64,000 nucleotides of DNA from Eledone cirrhosa (taxonomy: Eukaryota): the NCBI GenBank assembly GCA_964016885.1, contig OZ024741.1:142538001-142602000 (forward strand), in the 5' to 3' direction. Position 1 is the stretch's first letter. Each line of letters opens with the position of its first letter. Positions 1 through 14,518 of the stretch are shown here, piece after piece. A model generated the notes under the pieces. That model was not told where the DNA came from. It worked only from the letters and a program-made list of their open reading frames with translations, and ran no database searches. The translations under genes were made by a program, and so were the position numbers.

Positions 1-541
1 TATATATAATATATATATACATACATACATACACATATATACATACACACACATACATACACATATATATATAATATATATATACATACATACATACACA
101 TATATACATACACACACATATATATATATATATATAATATATATATATATACACATATATATATATATATACATACACATATATATATATATATACATAC
201 ACATATATATATATATATACATACATATACATACATACATATACATACATATACATACATACATACACATATATATATATATACATACATATACATACAT
301 ACATACACATATACATATACATACATACATACACATATATATATACATACATACATACACATATATATATATATATACATACATACATACATATATATAC
401 ATACATACATACATATATATATACATACATACATATATATATACATACATACATACATATATACATACATACATACATATATACATACATACATACATAT
501 ATACATACATACATATATATATACATACATACATATATATA

Positions 542-573
<32 letters not shown>

Positions 574-1474
574 CATACATACATACATACATATACATAC
601 ATACATACATATATATACATACATACATATATATACATACATACATACATATATATATACATACATACATACACATATATATATACATACATACATACAT
701 ACATACACATATATATATATATATATATACATACATACATACACATATATATATATATATACATACATACATACACATATATATATATATACATACATAC
801 ATACACATATATATATATATACATACATACACATATATATATATATACATACATACACATATATATATATATATACATACATACACATATATATATATAT
901 ACATACATACACATATATATATATACATACATACACATATATATATATACATACATACACATATATATATATACATACATACACATATATATATATATAT
1001 ACATACATACATACATACACATATATATATATATACATACACATATATATATATATATATATACATACACACACACATATATATATATACATACACACAC
1101 ACATATATATATATACATACACACACACATATATATATATATATACATACACACACATATATATATATATATACATACACATATATATATATATATATAT
1201 ATACATACACATATATACATACATATATATATATATATATACATACATATATATATATATATATACACACATATATATATATATATACACACATATATAC
1301 ATATGTATATGTATATATGTGTGTATATGTATGTATATATGTGTATATATATATGTATATATGTATGTATATATGTGTATAAATATATATATATTTGTAT
1401 ATATATATATATATATTTGTATATATATATATACACACACATATATACATACATATATATATATATACATATAT
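1..1474. repeat. Compound (TA)n/(TACA)n/(CA)n microsatellite array
   Basis: Continuous TA/TACA/CA units, locally switching to TGTA units at ~1300-1420. Confidence 0.97.
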
Positions 1475-1475
1475 A

Positions 1476-1697
1476 GTGAAGGCGTGTGGCTGAGTGGTTA
1501 GAGAATTGGATTCGCAATCGTAAGGTTGTGAGTTCGATTCCTGGACCAGGTGATGCGTTATGTCCTTGAACAAGACACTTTATTTCACGTTGCTCCTTCT
1601 ACCTGGAGTTGCGACCGATAGATAGTATTAGCAATTGGAAAGACCAACGGAAACATTGTTCCCTCGGTCCGATTTAACGAAAGTCGATCGACTAAAA
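1476..1697 (+). mobile_element. tRNA-derived SINE, CORE-like family (family A)
   Basis: A-box TGGCTGAGTGG 1487-1497, B-box GTTCGATTCC 1532-1541, then TGTCCTTGAACAAGACACTTT CORE-like segment; tail shared with 40380-40430. Confidence 0.85.
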
Positions 1698-1776
1698 AAA
1701 AGATATACATATACACACATATATATATATATATACACATATATACATACATATACATACATACACACATATATAC

Positions 1777-1811
<35 letters not shown>

Positions 1812-1844
1812 TACATACATATACATACATACACACATATATAC

Positions 1845-1891
<47 letters not shown>

Positions 1892-2056
1892 ACACGATTA
1901 TTCCCAAGGCATAATGTAACGCAGACCACATAATCCAATGTGTCCTTTTTTTAAAATTCAAACGGTAGGTTGTGATTTGAAGCATCCATTTCTAACGTGT
2001 TGAGTACAACTTAGATGCACTCATTTTTTTATATAGCTGTAGTGATGATGATGAGA

Positions 2057-2060
<4 letters not shown>

Positions 2061-2142
<82 letters not shown>
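2061..2142. repeat. (TG)n microsatellite
   Basis: Pure TG run. Confidence 0.98.
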
Positions 2143-2145
<3 letters not shown>

Positions 2146-2814
2146 AGAAATATCAAAGCAAATTGCACAGTACATATTTACACACACATATTAGTCAAAG
2201 ACACGTCTGTCTGTCTCTCATATATATTATATATCATCATATAGCTACATTGTGTATATCTGTCTGTTTATATATCTATATATCTATACACACACACACA
2301 CACGCGCCTGTTTTGTTTGGTGTTTTTCTACGCATGTATTCATATCCAATAACTACTGTGATATTCCTATGTATAAATATAGAGCTAGGAGGATAATGTC
2401 CTTTGAAAGGCGCCGACCATCATCGGCTGAACATGAGAGACGGAGTCTGTGTGTTTCATTTAATGTTTATTTTTTGTCAACTATGATATACAAATGACTA
2501 ATACCCCTTCTAACCAAGGCTACCATGTTTTCCCACCCCGTCCTCACACCAAGACAATAATGAGATTTAGCTGCTATTTCTACGTTGTCGATTTCATTTA
2601 TTCCCCGATTTTTTTCTGCCCACAAATTAATTCATGATGGTGATATCAGAGTTCTTGTATGAGTACAAAGCCACAAATATGTGAAGAGTGAGTGTGTGTG
2701 GTATGTCATAAAGATACAATTAATTCAACTGAATGTGACAGAAAACCTAGTTTTCGTTAACAGAACTAGCGCGATACGACAATTTCGCCGGAAAACTGCC
2801 AGTACTAATATAGG

Positions 2815-3030
2815 TTTTTAATTTAGGCATTAAGTCAGCAATCGTGATGGGGTGGAGTGGGGGAACCGATATTACCCCACACCCACCCACCAGTACTTGA
2901 CTGGTCCTTTATTTCATCGACCTCGGAAGGATGAAAAGCAAAGCTGACCTCGACGGGATTTGAACTCAGAAGTTAAAGAGAGACGGAACAAATACTGCCA
3001 AGCATTTGCCAGACGCTTCAACTCTGTCCT
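2815..3030 (-). mobile_element. tRNA-derived SINE, family B (central GCCTTTCATCC..GGTCGATAAAATAAAGTACCAG domain, Meta/MESC-like)
   Basis: Reverse B-box GGATTTGAACTC plus the central domain shared with >15 other copies in the window. Confidence 0.8.
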
Positions 3031-3051
3031 AACTACTGTTAATATTTCTAG

Positions 3052-3222
3052 GGTGGTGGTTTGGCAGTATCGGTAGAACATAGGACAAAATGTTTTGCAG
3101 TATTTAGTTACGACTTTCTACGTTGAGTTCAACTTTGTCTTTCATCCTTCTGGGATAGATAAATTAAAGTACCAGGTCGATATAATTGACTTTCCCCTTC
3201 CCCTAAATTTGTTGAACTTAGG
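3052..3222 (+). mobile_element. SINE family B, divergent from the preceding copy
   Basis: TGGCAGTATCGGTAGA A-box-like head, GAGTTCAA, CTTTCATCC..GATAAATTAAAGTACCAG. Confidence 0.75.
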
Positions 3223-4384
3223 CATCGAAGGTGGGATGAATTAAGCAATGTACTAATACTCCCAGCCAATAACATTGAACGGTCCTTGCGACATTATTCC
3301 ACACTAGTGTCTAGAAAATATCACCAACACCTGAGCCGTTAAGTCACTGTTACAGATTCACAGTTATAAATAATAGCTTAGAAAATTGAGTAAAGTACTA
3401 TTAGCGAAAAAAGATGGGCAACGACTGCTGGCCACATTTTACTATATTACTATTTATAGCAATCAGCTGTATTTGCAGTTATTTCTGAGTCTGAGTTTAT
3501 TACATTTTCTGAGCTTCGCTTCGCAAAGTTTAATTATTTACATTATATATCTATATCTATCTATCTATAATCATTTTAACGTACTTCGTTTCATTTGATT
3601 CCATGGAAGTACATGACTATAAATACAGTGTGTAACTATCTAATGTATATACTACCATGAACAACATCACTATGTTTGCCTCACACCAAACTGTTTATGC
3701 GTACACCCAATTTTAAATATTACATACTTTGGGATATATTCAAAGACGGATAGAACAATTATAATATATATATTCATTTTTCCACGAACAATGAAAATAA
3801 AAGGTGATGCTTAGTGTTTAATTAGTTCATTGTTTTACGATCGTTTCAGAAAGTTGAATGATCATGATCAATTTCGCCTGTTATTTTCATTGTTCAACAT
3901 ATACATATCATTCTGGAGATCATTTATTTGAATGCGCAATGAAATCCAATATGATGGAAGCTTACTACAAAACAAGAACCCTCATCACTTGATCCTGTTG
4001 GAGTTATTGCTTCTGTACTACATGGAGTTCTAACAGCGCTATTGGCCCTATCATAGACAGGTAGATACCAGTGTGTGTGTGTGTGCACGTGCGTACACAG
4101 AGAGGGGGGGGCGGCGGATAACAGATATGTAGGAAAATATATATGATAGACTAGTTGAATAGAGTAAGATAGATTGAGATGAGGACACGGTAGAGTTCAT
4201 AGAGCTATGGTATTACACACAACAGCATAATCGACGTCTCTATGGCAACTGTAAAGCACAAATGATGAGAGGAGACAGAGGATATGGGGAGAGAGAGAGA
4301 GAGGGGGGGAGGTTGGCTTCTTTGTTATATAGATGCTTGAATTCACATCTTGTATCCACTTCTTTCTATATAGTGTGTGTGAAT

Positions 4385-4530
4385 AGGTGGCAAATAGGCA
4401 AGCTCGTAAGAGCGCCAGATAGAAATTCTTACGGCATTTGTTTCCACTCTCTACGCCCCGAGTTCAAATCCCACCGAGGTCAACTTTGTCTATTTCCATT
4501 TGGCGTCAATAAATAATAATGAGGCACCGA
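4385..4530 (+). mobile_element. SINE family B, degenerate
   Basis: GAGTTCAAATCCCACCGAGGTCAACTTTG B-box segment. Confidence 0.65.
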
Positions 4531-4972
4531 ACAAACCTTATTTCCCCAGGAAACCATTTGTTATAATGCTTTGCTAACGAGGCTCTATGTATGAAAATTA
4601 TGATGAATGATGATGTGCATACATACACACACCATGAGTGTCCATCGCATATTTGGCGACCATCAGACATGATGTGGCATGAAAGAAAGAAAGAACTAAA
4701 GAAAGAAAGAATAAAGTACTCGTCCAATAAAAGGGTTCAATCATCTCTCATCCTTTCTTTCTTATATCGAAAACTTCCCGACCTGCTTTCTCTCTAGAAG
4801 AAATCAGCTATGGTGGTCAGACACAAAGAAAGATGGTCTCCGTCATGTTTAGACAGCCAAAGACATACAGTACTGCATGTCATGACAACACCCCTACGAT
4901 TCCAATAAGAGTTGAGGACCCATCAAAGCAAGTTCGCAGCTATGTAAATTACCAAGCTCTGCTCTCTGACAT

Positions 4973-5068
4973 TTAACTTTGCCTTTCATCCTTACGGGGT
5001 CGATAAAATAAAGTACCAGTAATGTACTGGGTAATTGCTGACCTTGTGCCTAAAATAGAAACAATTAT
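4973..5068 (+). mobile_element. SINE family B, 3' half (young subfamily)
   Basis: TTAACTTTGCCTTTCATCCTTACGGGGTCGATAAAATAAAGTACCAGTAATGTACTGGGTAATTGCTG, near-identical to 37978-38072. Confidence 0.85.
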
Positions 5069-6508
5069 AAAACAAAACATTACCAAGAAGATCGATAACG
5101 AGGAAATCTATAAATAGCAGTCAAATACATACACCCTCTTTTACTGGTACTTGTTTTATCGATCGCTTTTTGTTGAACTGCTAAGCTACTAGACATAAGC
5201 AGTAAAAGCAAGCACATACTGGACACACACGAACACCTACATAGCCACACATATATATCATCACCGTTTTACGTCCATTTTCCACATTAGCATGCATGTA
5301 TCTGCAGAATTTCAGTCTCCCAAAGGTCCCCTCCCCCCTCCCCTAAGACGGTTAGAATTTGAGGAACATTTCGCTGTTATTTCTAACATTTCGAGCGACA
5401 ATGTAGAGGCGCCACGCGCTAGTGTGAATGTTATGCGGGTAGATGAAGCGCAGCATCGTTTTTCTTTAAACCGAAGACGAAACGAAGTTGCGACAATCGA
5501 AAAGATATATATATATACACATATAGATGAAAAAAATTAAAGTACAGTTCGCTTATTTATATTTTTCGGTAGTTTCCATTTCTTTTTATCGCCCACATTC
5601 CTGGGAGGGTCCGACGCCTTCCTGGGGGTCCTGTCAGAAGCAATTGTCTCCAATTAATACGAATGTATTCCCAGGCGAGTGGTTTATAGAATAAATATAG
5701 TTACACCCTTCCATTATTTATAGCAGTTGTGAATGGATCTCGTAGGTTTCGACGGTGACTTCTCGTTGTTCAGTCAACGGAACGGTTTACTCTATAAATG
5801 ACTGAGTCATCCACAGACACACGTCTACGCATGACAACGTTGGAACTTTGAATTGAATAATAGGCACAGTTCATCTGACAGGCTTCTGCCCAGTTTCCGC
5901 CCACCAAATTTCACTAACAAGACTCGTATCAATCCGAGGATTTAGAAAAAGATACGTCTCAAGATGCCATCCAGTAGAACCGAATCCAAAATTTGATGGT
6001 TGATTGCGAAGCGAACTTCTTGACTATTCCGTCTTGCTGTGTACATCTCACGAGTAAAGATGAAACGAAACATTCGTCTTCTCCTACGAGAGTCGAGTTA
6101 TCCCTAAGGTGAATGCGTGCTTATAAATTTATCCCTTTCTTTTTCCATTGAAAATTGTGACAGTACATAAAACTTTTATTTACTCTCGGATCCCAAATAA
6201 TAGTCGCAAGAATGCCTACCACTTAAAATGAAATTTCGCCGGAGATATTTTAGCAAAATAATTTAATAGGCTGGGGTGGGGGGTTATTCGAGACCCAAGA
6301 GATGTCTAAAGTCTAGAGGAATTTTATAGGCATTTAATTGAATATCTACACGTATATTCAATTCGCTCTAGTAAATTTAAAATGTACAACTGTACATATT
6401 TACATACTTCTAGTTTCTGTTTAAGACGTCAAGCACTCGTTGTGATAATTTATTTATGGATTATGAAAAAAAAACACAGTATCAAATATTATTTTACAAG
6501 ATATAACC

Positions 6509-6621
6509 AGAGAGAGAGAGAAAGAAAGAGAACGAAAGAAAGAGAGAAAGAAAGAAAGAGAGAAAGAAAGGAGAGAAAGAAAGAAAGAGAAAGAAAGAAA
6601 GAGAAAGAGAGAAAGAAAGAG

Positions 6622-6652
<31 letters not shown>

Positions 6653-6653
6653 G

Positions 6654-6688
<35 letters not shown>

Positions 6689-6692
6689 GAGA
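6509..6692. repeat. (GAAA)n/(GA)n purine microsatellite
   Basis: GAAA/GAGA units. Confidence 0.95.
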
Positions 6693-6849
6693 GCGCGCGT
6701 GTGTGCATTACATACAATTTAAATTCTATATCTTGTATTGAGTAGCGTTTTTCTCCTTGTTTGCACAAATTCACATAGTTATGTTTTTACGACATTTGTA
6801 GATAACGAAAAGACACCATTGTATGCATTACAAGATGTAACTTGGGTGA

Positions 6850-7090
6850 GCCCTTGAGCAAGGCACTTTATTTCACGTTGTACTGGTCAACTCGGCTAGA
6901 AGTAATGAGTAGTGCTACATATAATTCAAAGGGCCGCCCTTGTCACACAGTGTCCCGCTAAACCTTCCTGAGAACTACGTCATGGGTGCATGTGTTTCTG
7001 GAATACTCAGTCATTTGCGCGTTTCACGAACATGCTCTTCCATTGTTCCAACAACTGGAGGAATCGCCGTCGAAACCAACGTATGTCCAA
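6850..7090 (+). mobile_element. SINE family A, 5'-truncated
   Basis: CCTTGAGCAAGGCACTTTATTTCACGTTG...AATTCAAAGGGCC..CCTTGTCACAC...CTGAGAACTACGT; same body as 16150-16325. Confidence 0.8.
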
Positions 7091-7859
7091 CATGTGTGTG
7101 TAATTAAAACTATATTTTGTATTAAGTAGAGTTTTCTCATTATCTTTGTTCGTACCAAATCCTATACACACACACACCTCTTTCTTACACAAAACATACC
7201 AGCACCAGCTCAACCACCAAGTCAGCCAGTGTATATAATAGTAAAGACAACTATCTCTATTGAAGCAGACCGTAGTAGCTGTAGCCATCGTATAATCGGT
7301 GAGTGTTTATACACTATGGAGACCAAACAGTATCTACTGAGCTGAAGTAGCAGATCGGGTAAATAGATACTTCTCTTTCTCTACTTGTTTGTGTATGTAT
7401 ATGTGCTGTTTAACCCCAGCTACTGACCTGACTGAGCAGACCTATCATTAAAGGCATTCCAGCCGTGACCACCTTTCTCTCAAGCATTCTATAATTAGAG
7501 TTACATTGTTCAATGTGTCATTATTTTCGCTGCTATTTCTAGTTGGTTCACTGACTACGTAGGGACTCCTTGGTGAGTATGTATGTGAGATTGATGGGTA
7601 AATGTGAAGAGGGTGAATAGAAGGTCTTTGTTTTTATTTAAATACACTACTGCCCATATATATATATATATATATATATCCTCCTCCACTTCTCCACCAA
7701 GCGTGAACCTAATATTACTGTGTACAATTGCCTCCTGTGTTTTGTTCGTTCATTTTCAACTATATATATGTGTGTGCGCGTGTTGAGGTGTTTCTTCGCG
7801 CGCACTCACACACATGAGAGAGAGAGAAGAAACACCACAAAGCTTAACTAATTCTTCAG

Positions 7860-8066
7860 AATTGCTGCTGATACTAGCGTAATTCCCAGGCAGATTCAAC
7901 GCGACAGTGTATGACAAGGCTGGTATCTTGAATCTCAGGTGCAATCCATTTTTGAGAGCATGGTAACGTGAAATAAAGTGTCTTGCTCAAAGACACAACT
8001 CACCGCCGGGAATCGAATTAATTTTCTTGAGCCGAACACCGTAACCACAAAGCCACACGCCTTCAC
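7860..8066 (-). mobile_element. SINE family A, internally deleted
   Basis: Reverse head GCCACACGCCTTCAC, CGGGAATCGAA B-box, GTGTCTTGCTCAAAGACACAA. Confidence 0.75.
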
Positions 8067-8334
8067 ACAACATGAATACTAATACAACAACCAGAACACA
8101 AACATTAACATCTCTAACCACCGCCACTGTTATTCAACAAAACGTGGGATAAAGTAAGGCGATCAAGGCGTTTAGAGTTTCATTTTTGTCACTAGCTAGT
8201 ATCAAAGTGAAATGGTGCGCTAAACTCACAGATTACCTGATGTAATCTAATAAATATGTAAAAAAGACAGGATGGTCGCACTGAAACTCTTTTGATGATT
8301 GTTCTGCACAATCAAAACCTATCTATGGCTAAAT

Positions 8335-8487
8335 AGCGATTTCTAATTTAGGCAGAAGACCAACATTTGGTAGGGAGGGGATGTCGACGCCAGTATGCGA
8401 CTGGTACTGTATTTTATCGACTTCGGAAAAACGAAAGGCAAAGTTGGCATCGACGGGATTTGAACTCAGAGCGTAAAATACTGCCAA
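8335..8487 (-). mobile_element. SINE family B
   Basis: CTGGTACTT..TTTATCGAC...GAAAGGCAAAGTTG..CGGGATTTGAACTCAGA. Confidence 0.75.
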
Positions 8488-8550
8488 TCCAGACATGTGG
8501 TTAGAATGTCTCAGGAAAGAATCGCTGGACAGATTTTACAGGCAAAACTA
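8488..8550 (+). pseudogene. Small RTE-clade LINE ORF2 C-terminal fragment
   Basis: Reads HVVRMSQERIAGQILQAK; homologous to 22127-22185. Confidence 0.6.
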
Positions 8551-10885
8551 TGCTTTACTATTTTGATCGCGGGGCGCCGCTCACAATGGGATTTAGTCTA
8601 TCCCTCTCTCTCCTTTTCTTTCGTTGTTTGATTCTTTTTTTTTCTTTTCACTCCTCCCTCCCCTTTAAATCTCTTTAATACTGTTTTGTTTTTGTATATC
8701 CAGCCCTGACACACCATACCACGCTTGAGAATTACGTTATGAGTACATGTGTTTGTGGAATGCTCAGTCACTTGCACGTTACTTTCAGGAACAACTGAGA
8801 TCCATTATATTTTTGCATGTGTGCATGTATGAGTGGGGTGAGTGTTGTATGAAAAGAGCAGATATAGATATTATACGTGATGGTGAGTCATTAGATGACC
8901 TCTTACTTCACCCCTCACAGAGACACCTCACTATCACCATCTGAATACACATACACTAGCCAATAGCACCGCTACTAATACACACGTCACATCACCACGA
9001 CCCTCACAACAAACACCGGTGAATAAATTTAACAATTAAATGATAGTCTGTTTTCAAACCAGTGATTACAAAATGCTCATTTAATGTTGTTTTTTGTGCT
9101 TTTTGTGTGTTTAGCTATGTTTTTAATTTATTACTCACCCCACGCAATGCAAAGGGTTACCGAGATGGGAAAATCAAAGAGAGATAAGATGACGATTGGT
9201 GTTACTTTTGAAATTTTGCAAATTGTAATGGCCGGGAAAGCAAGAAGCTGGAAGTTCCATTGGCAAGATATGCGAGGGAAGAAACTATCAGAATAGAATT
9301 TGCGATTGCATTTGTTTCAAAGCAAGCATGTTTCACTTAATATCCTTTGACACAGTGTTCGGTGCAGTGTTGGCGAATGCTAGCACTTCTGTGTGATATC
9401 TGCATGCATGTAATGCACCTTGGTTTGTATGGATTTTAGAAAGGGGACGGATAGAGGGAAGGGATGTGAGGAGGAGAGGGGGAGGGGCTTTACTGGGTGT
9501 GTTTTATCGTGGCACCAGCACTGACCAGACTAAAGGTCGTCTCCGTTCATAATAAATAGATTGGCTAAGCAGAGGCTATGCAAGAGGACCGCGTTGTGGA
9601 ATCGACCATGGAACCACATGGTTACGTTGCGAATCTCTTAGCCACAGAGCTCATGTACTTAAAACAAACAACAAACGAAAAAAGGAAGGAAATAAGAAAG
9701 TATAAGTGGAAATAACAAATTACACGCCTCCACCTCCTCATTCGTTTTATCATAAGTGCGCATGCATGCACGCATGTAGACACATATACACACGCGCGCA
9801 TTCACGCAACGCGCGCGCGCACAGCAATCATCCGGAATAAGGCACGTTCACTCACAATTATGTTTTAAATATCTGAAATGAGGATTTCTTTCTTATATTG
9901 ATACAATGACCCAATTTTGCAGTTGTTATTGTTAAGCTGGAAGCCAGCTAGCTCTAATCAAACAGATTTCCTCCCCACCTCATCAAAGACAATACAGCCA
10001 TCACAATCAAGACTTCGTGTACATCTGGAGCTACATTTTCAAATGTGCTCATCTCGTTTTAATTTATTTTATTTTTATTTATTTTTTGATTTGGGTGTTC
10101 TTTCTAGCAGGTCGAACAACTGTGTAGAGACTTGGTTAGTCAAAGTCACAAATTGTTGTTTAACATCACATCAACCCTGATCGATAAAGATTGAAGATAT
10201 TTCAGTTATGAATTTTGTGAATATCTAAGACTACGTTATCTAACGTGATATTAAAAGAAATTATTATTGATTGTAGGAGAGAATTTAAATGGGAATTGGT
10301 TGCTACTTCTAACAGATTGAGCGACCACGTACAGTACCAGCAGTGGCTGGAAGTTAATTTGCGATGGAAGGGTGTCCTATCCAGAGGCGAGTTTTGTACT
10401 CGCAATCGCTTAACGCCAATGAAACGAAGATAAGCTCAGGCCTAGCAAGACTCGGGGCTTGGTACAGGCTTTAATATATTTATGTGTATATACACTTCAG
10501 CCCTCCACTAAATATGAACAGCACATAAATAGAACCACCACGGTCGCTTCAATTGCAGGTTCGCATCATCACTGAGGATCAGTGCTGGCGAATCTAAACA
10601 TAACAAAAATTGGATCTCACTGGCCTTCCTTTCTAAAACTAGAAAATACTACCGCCCCAACAACTATTAATATCCCTACAAATCTCCAGAAGGAGCTTTA
10701 ATGGTATGAATACTGTCCCTATATTTAGGACAGTGCTGTTACTATACAGGCAGTCGCATCCAAACAGAGGTCAATTGATCGATTGTTAGAAGGTCACTGA
10801 CACTTCAACCTCTGGCTCACATTTCTACCGCTACTACAATGGCATCTGCTGACTTCCTGCCACATAATCCAACTCCTGGCCGAAG

Positions 10886-11090
10886 GATGTAACATCCCTT
10901 CTCTCTGCCAGTTCTACCTCTGGCTGGCAGATGTAACACCCCTTCTCGCTGCCAGTTCTACCTCTGGCCGACATATATAACATCCCTTCTCGCTGCCAGT
11001 TCTACCTCTGGCCGGCAGATGTAACATCCCTTCTCTCTGCCAGTTCTACCTCTGACTGATGCAATATCCCTCCTCTCTATCAGTTCTACT
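10886..11090. repeat. 44-bp minisatellite, ~4.7 copies
   Basis: Unit GATGTAACATCCCTTCTCTCTGCCAGTTCTACCTCTGGCYGGCA. Confidence 0.92.
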
Positions 11091-11793
11091 GTCATTACAA
11101 TGGCCCCTTCTCCTCGGAAATAGCTGATATGCCACACAATCCAAGTTCTAGTTCACACAAGAAGTTCTACCATTACTCCAATGGCCTCTGCTTCTCGGAA
11201 CTGGCTGAACTCATGCCACACAATTCAATCTCAGATTCACAAATTTTAAATCACCTCTCTCTACCAATTCTACTTCTACTACAAAGGCCTCCGAGTTTCG
11301 TACCTTTTGTGCCATCCCCATCCAAACTATCACGACTCACTCGTCTTTTTTCCGTTTGTAGTCTATACCCAGGCCCGATGTACCCCAGCTTAGGCTCCAT
11401 ACTAATCACAACAACCACCCCTTCGTCCCCAAAGTGCACTTGGTTCCCCCACCTTCTCGCCTTCGGTTTGCAACTGCTTAAGAGGAACGTTAAGACTACT
11501 AATATCAACGGTCTGGGAGGGCGTGCCAACTCCAGGAGTATTGCCAGTTCTCCCCCCCCCCCCCCGGACAATAACATGCACATACTAACATAACTACACA
11601 CATACATACCAATACACACACACATACATACATATATATATATATACATGCACATACGACATATATAAACATGAATACATAGTAACATACATTAATATAC
11701 ACACCGACATATAACATATCGATCTATATAAACATGAATACACATTAATATACACACGGTCAATACTGAAATATTTAAACATGAACACACATA

Positions 11794-12491
11794 CATACTG
11801 ATATAATATAAACACTCACACATACATCTTATACTACATACTGATATAATATAAACACTCACACATACATCTTATACTACATACTGATATAATATAAACA
11901 CTCACACATACATCTTATACTACATACTGATATAATATAAACACTCACACATACATCTTATACTACATACTGATATAATATAAACACTCACACATACATC
12001 TTTATACTACATACTGATATGAATAAACACTCACACATACATCCTTATACTACATACTGATATGAATAAACACTCACACATACATCCTTATACTACATAC
12101 TGATATGAATAAACACACACATACATCCTTATACTACATACTGATATGAATAAACACACACATACATCCTTATACTACATACTGATATGAATAAACACAC
12201 ACATACATCCTTATACTACATACTGATATGAATAAACACTCACACATACACCTTATACTACATACTGATATGAATAAACACTCACACATACACCTTATAC
12301 TACATACTGATATGAATAAACACTCACACATACACCTTATACTACATACTGATATGAATAAACACTCACACATACACCTTATACTACATACTGATATGAA
12401 TAAACACTCACACATACACCTTATACTACATACTGATATGAATAAACACTCACACATACACCTTATACTACATACTGATATGAATAAACAA
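11794..12491. repeat. 41-44-bp minisatellite, ~17 copies
   Basis: Unit ACTGATATGAATAAACACTCACACATACACCTTATACTACAT; unit starts at 11797, 11840, ..., 12474. Confidence 0.97.
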
Positions 12492-12794
12492 TTCACATAC
12501 ATACTACATACCGAAATGAACAAATTATACAGAACAGAGAACGGGAGAGTGTAGTGTATGTGTGAAGTGATGTGTTGCGACACGAACACCTACAAAATCG
12601 ATACATCACCTCACTCAGAACGCACATTCCTTTTCCAATCACTAAGCTCCCAGTGACAGTATCGATTAAGTGTTTTTCATTCAGAGAGTTTAGGATTTAC
12701 CACGTTACCATGTGCAGGACTCTGGCAAGTATGCCGGGAAGATTGCTGCTGCAATAACAACAACAAGCACAGCATTACTTGCTAACAATAAACG

Positions 12795-12921
<127 letters not shown>

Positions 12922-12924
12922 TGG

Positions 12925-13340
12925 TTGCATCTCGGTTTCGAGAATTGCCATCCCTTGACCTTTTTCTCATACATAGGTGGCACGAACATGACTTTTTAGC
13001 CCTGCTAAGGACTTAGATTCCTTTCTGCATATGCTGCATCGAAAGACAAAAGAAAAGGCCATGCTCACGTAACACATGTGAACGTCGTGCTTCAAACTGT
13101 TTTAAGTGAAGGAAAACCTTGCACTGGACCAATCTCACTTCCTGAACAACGGTGACAGGTATCAAAAAAAAGAGAAAGAACAGGTCAGCTTTGTTGGCTG
13201 CCATCCAATTGCAGGTTTTACATCAGTGTTTTCCTTCTAGAATGATGTCCCAAAAAAAATTAGGGGTTTCTCACACCCGGTGGGCTAACCGCGCGCTCGA
13301 GCACCAAACCGAGTATTTATATGTCCTAGCGCACACGCGC
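12925..13340. repeat. Unclassified ~410-bp interspersed repeat, copy 1
   Basis: Colinear similarity to 25660-26070 (e.g. TTAGATTCCTTTCTGCATATGCTGCA, CCTTGCACTGG, CCCGGTGGGCTAAC). Confidence 0.85.
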
Positions 13341-13514
13341 ATATTTAGGGGATCAGCTTTTCTTTTGAAACTTTGTTGCTCCAAATGAACTGCAGACGCC
13401 TTATTATAAAATACAAGAATATTCTAAGGCATTCAAACTCGAATATGGTCGTGTCTATAACAACACACACACGCTTATATATATGTGTATGCGTGTCTGT
13501 GTTCCTTATTCTTT

Positions 13515-13610
13515 CCTTTCTGGTGTAGGACTAACGTCCGAAACATAAAGAGCAGCCATTTATTTCATTCAAGCGTTAAACTAACAGCATTCATCGTACT
13601 GTGTTCTTTG
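13515..13610 (+). ncRNA. Decayed minimal hammerhead motif in a Penelope pLTR-like repeat
   Basis: CTGGTGTA-GGAC TAAC GTCC-GAAAC; downstream AAGCGTTAAACTAA..GTACTGTGTT resembles the flank of the HHR at 53327. Confidence 0.4.
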
Positions 13611-13848
13611 TGAGTGGTTTTCTAATTATACACACACACACACACACACATTATATATATATTGAAATTATGTCAGTTTCTACTCAATTATTTGAGAATT
13701 CTAATGTGTACGACACGACATTCAGTACACTACCACCAATACCATATCTAAATTCTTGTCATTGGCCAACTATTATTTTGTAACCTTTATGCAAATTGTT
13801 TCTCCGTGTAAAGTCTTCTGTCAACTGATGAAAATAAGCTTGCGTAGA

Positions 13849-13894
13849 CTATGCTCCGCTGATGAGGACCAGTAAGACTGAAACATGTCCATAG
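13849..13894 (+). ncRNA. Decayed type I hammerhead ribozyme motif
   Basis: CTGATGA 13859-65, GAAA 13880-83, palindromic stem III ACATGT, GUC site; CTATG/CATAG outer stem I present, inner stem I partner missing. Confidence 0.5.
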
Positions 13895-14474
13895 CTGATC
13901 AGCTTGCTTAGAAACAAGAATCAGATTTTTCCCTAGTTTCTGTGGCATTAATTAATTTCATGAAATTATCTTTCCTTTCCTTTTTCTTTTCGTGAATCAG
14001 TAACAATTACCGCTAGTTTCTTTTTTTTTTTTTCTTTCTCCGACTAAAAGGGAAATTTCAGTTTAGAATTCTTTTTGCGTACGTCATTCAATAACCCTCC
14101 TCCTTGAGTGTGTGTGTGTTTGTGATGTTTGAGCGGGGATGCGTATTTGTGTGTATGTTTGGTTGTTTGCGTGTGCTTTATCGCACAGGCGATATGGTGA
14201 GAGACACCGTGTGTGCTAATTTTACACTAAACATCATCATCAACAACAATAATGTCTACCCCCTCCTTCAACGCTGATGAGAAGTATGTTATTTTGCAGC
14301 AGCAGCTACTACTACTACTAATACTACTACTGCAACGACTAGTACGACTACAAAAATAGTAACCAACCACATCACAGCCTGCTAAAAATAATAACCGAAT
14401 CTCAATGAAAACAGGAAAAACGGATTGGACAATACAGCTGTGATGGTCACGGTTAGAATGCCGTTAATTATATA

Positions 14475-14518
<44 letters not shown>

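Noticed and set aside
1476-1560. tRNA gene
   Set aside because: A/B boxes continue into a SINE body; no acceptor stem or complete cloverleaf
11794-12491. CRISPR-like regular array
   Set aside because: Contiguous tandem units without unique spacers; eukaryotic context; no cas genes
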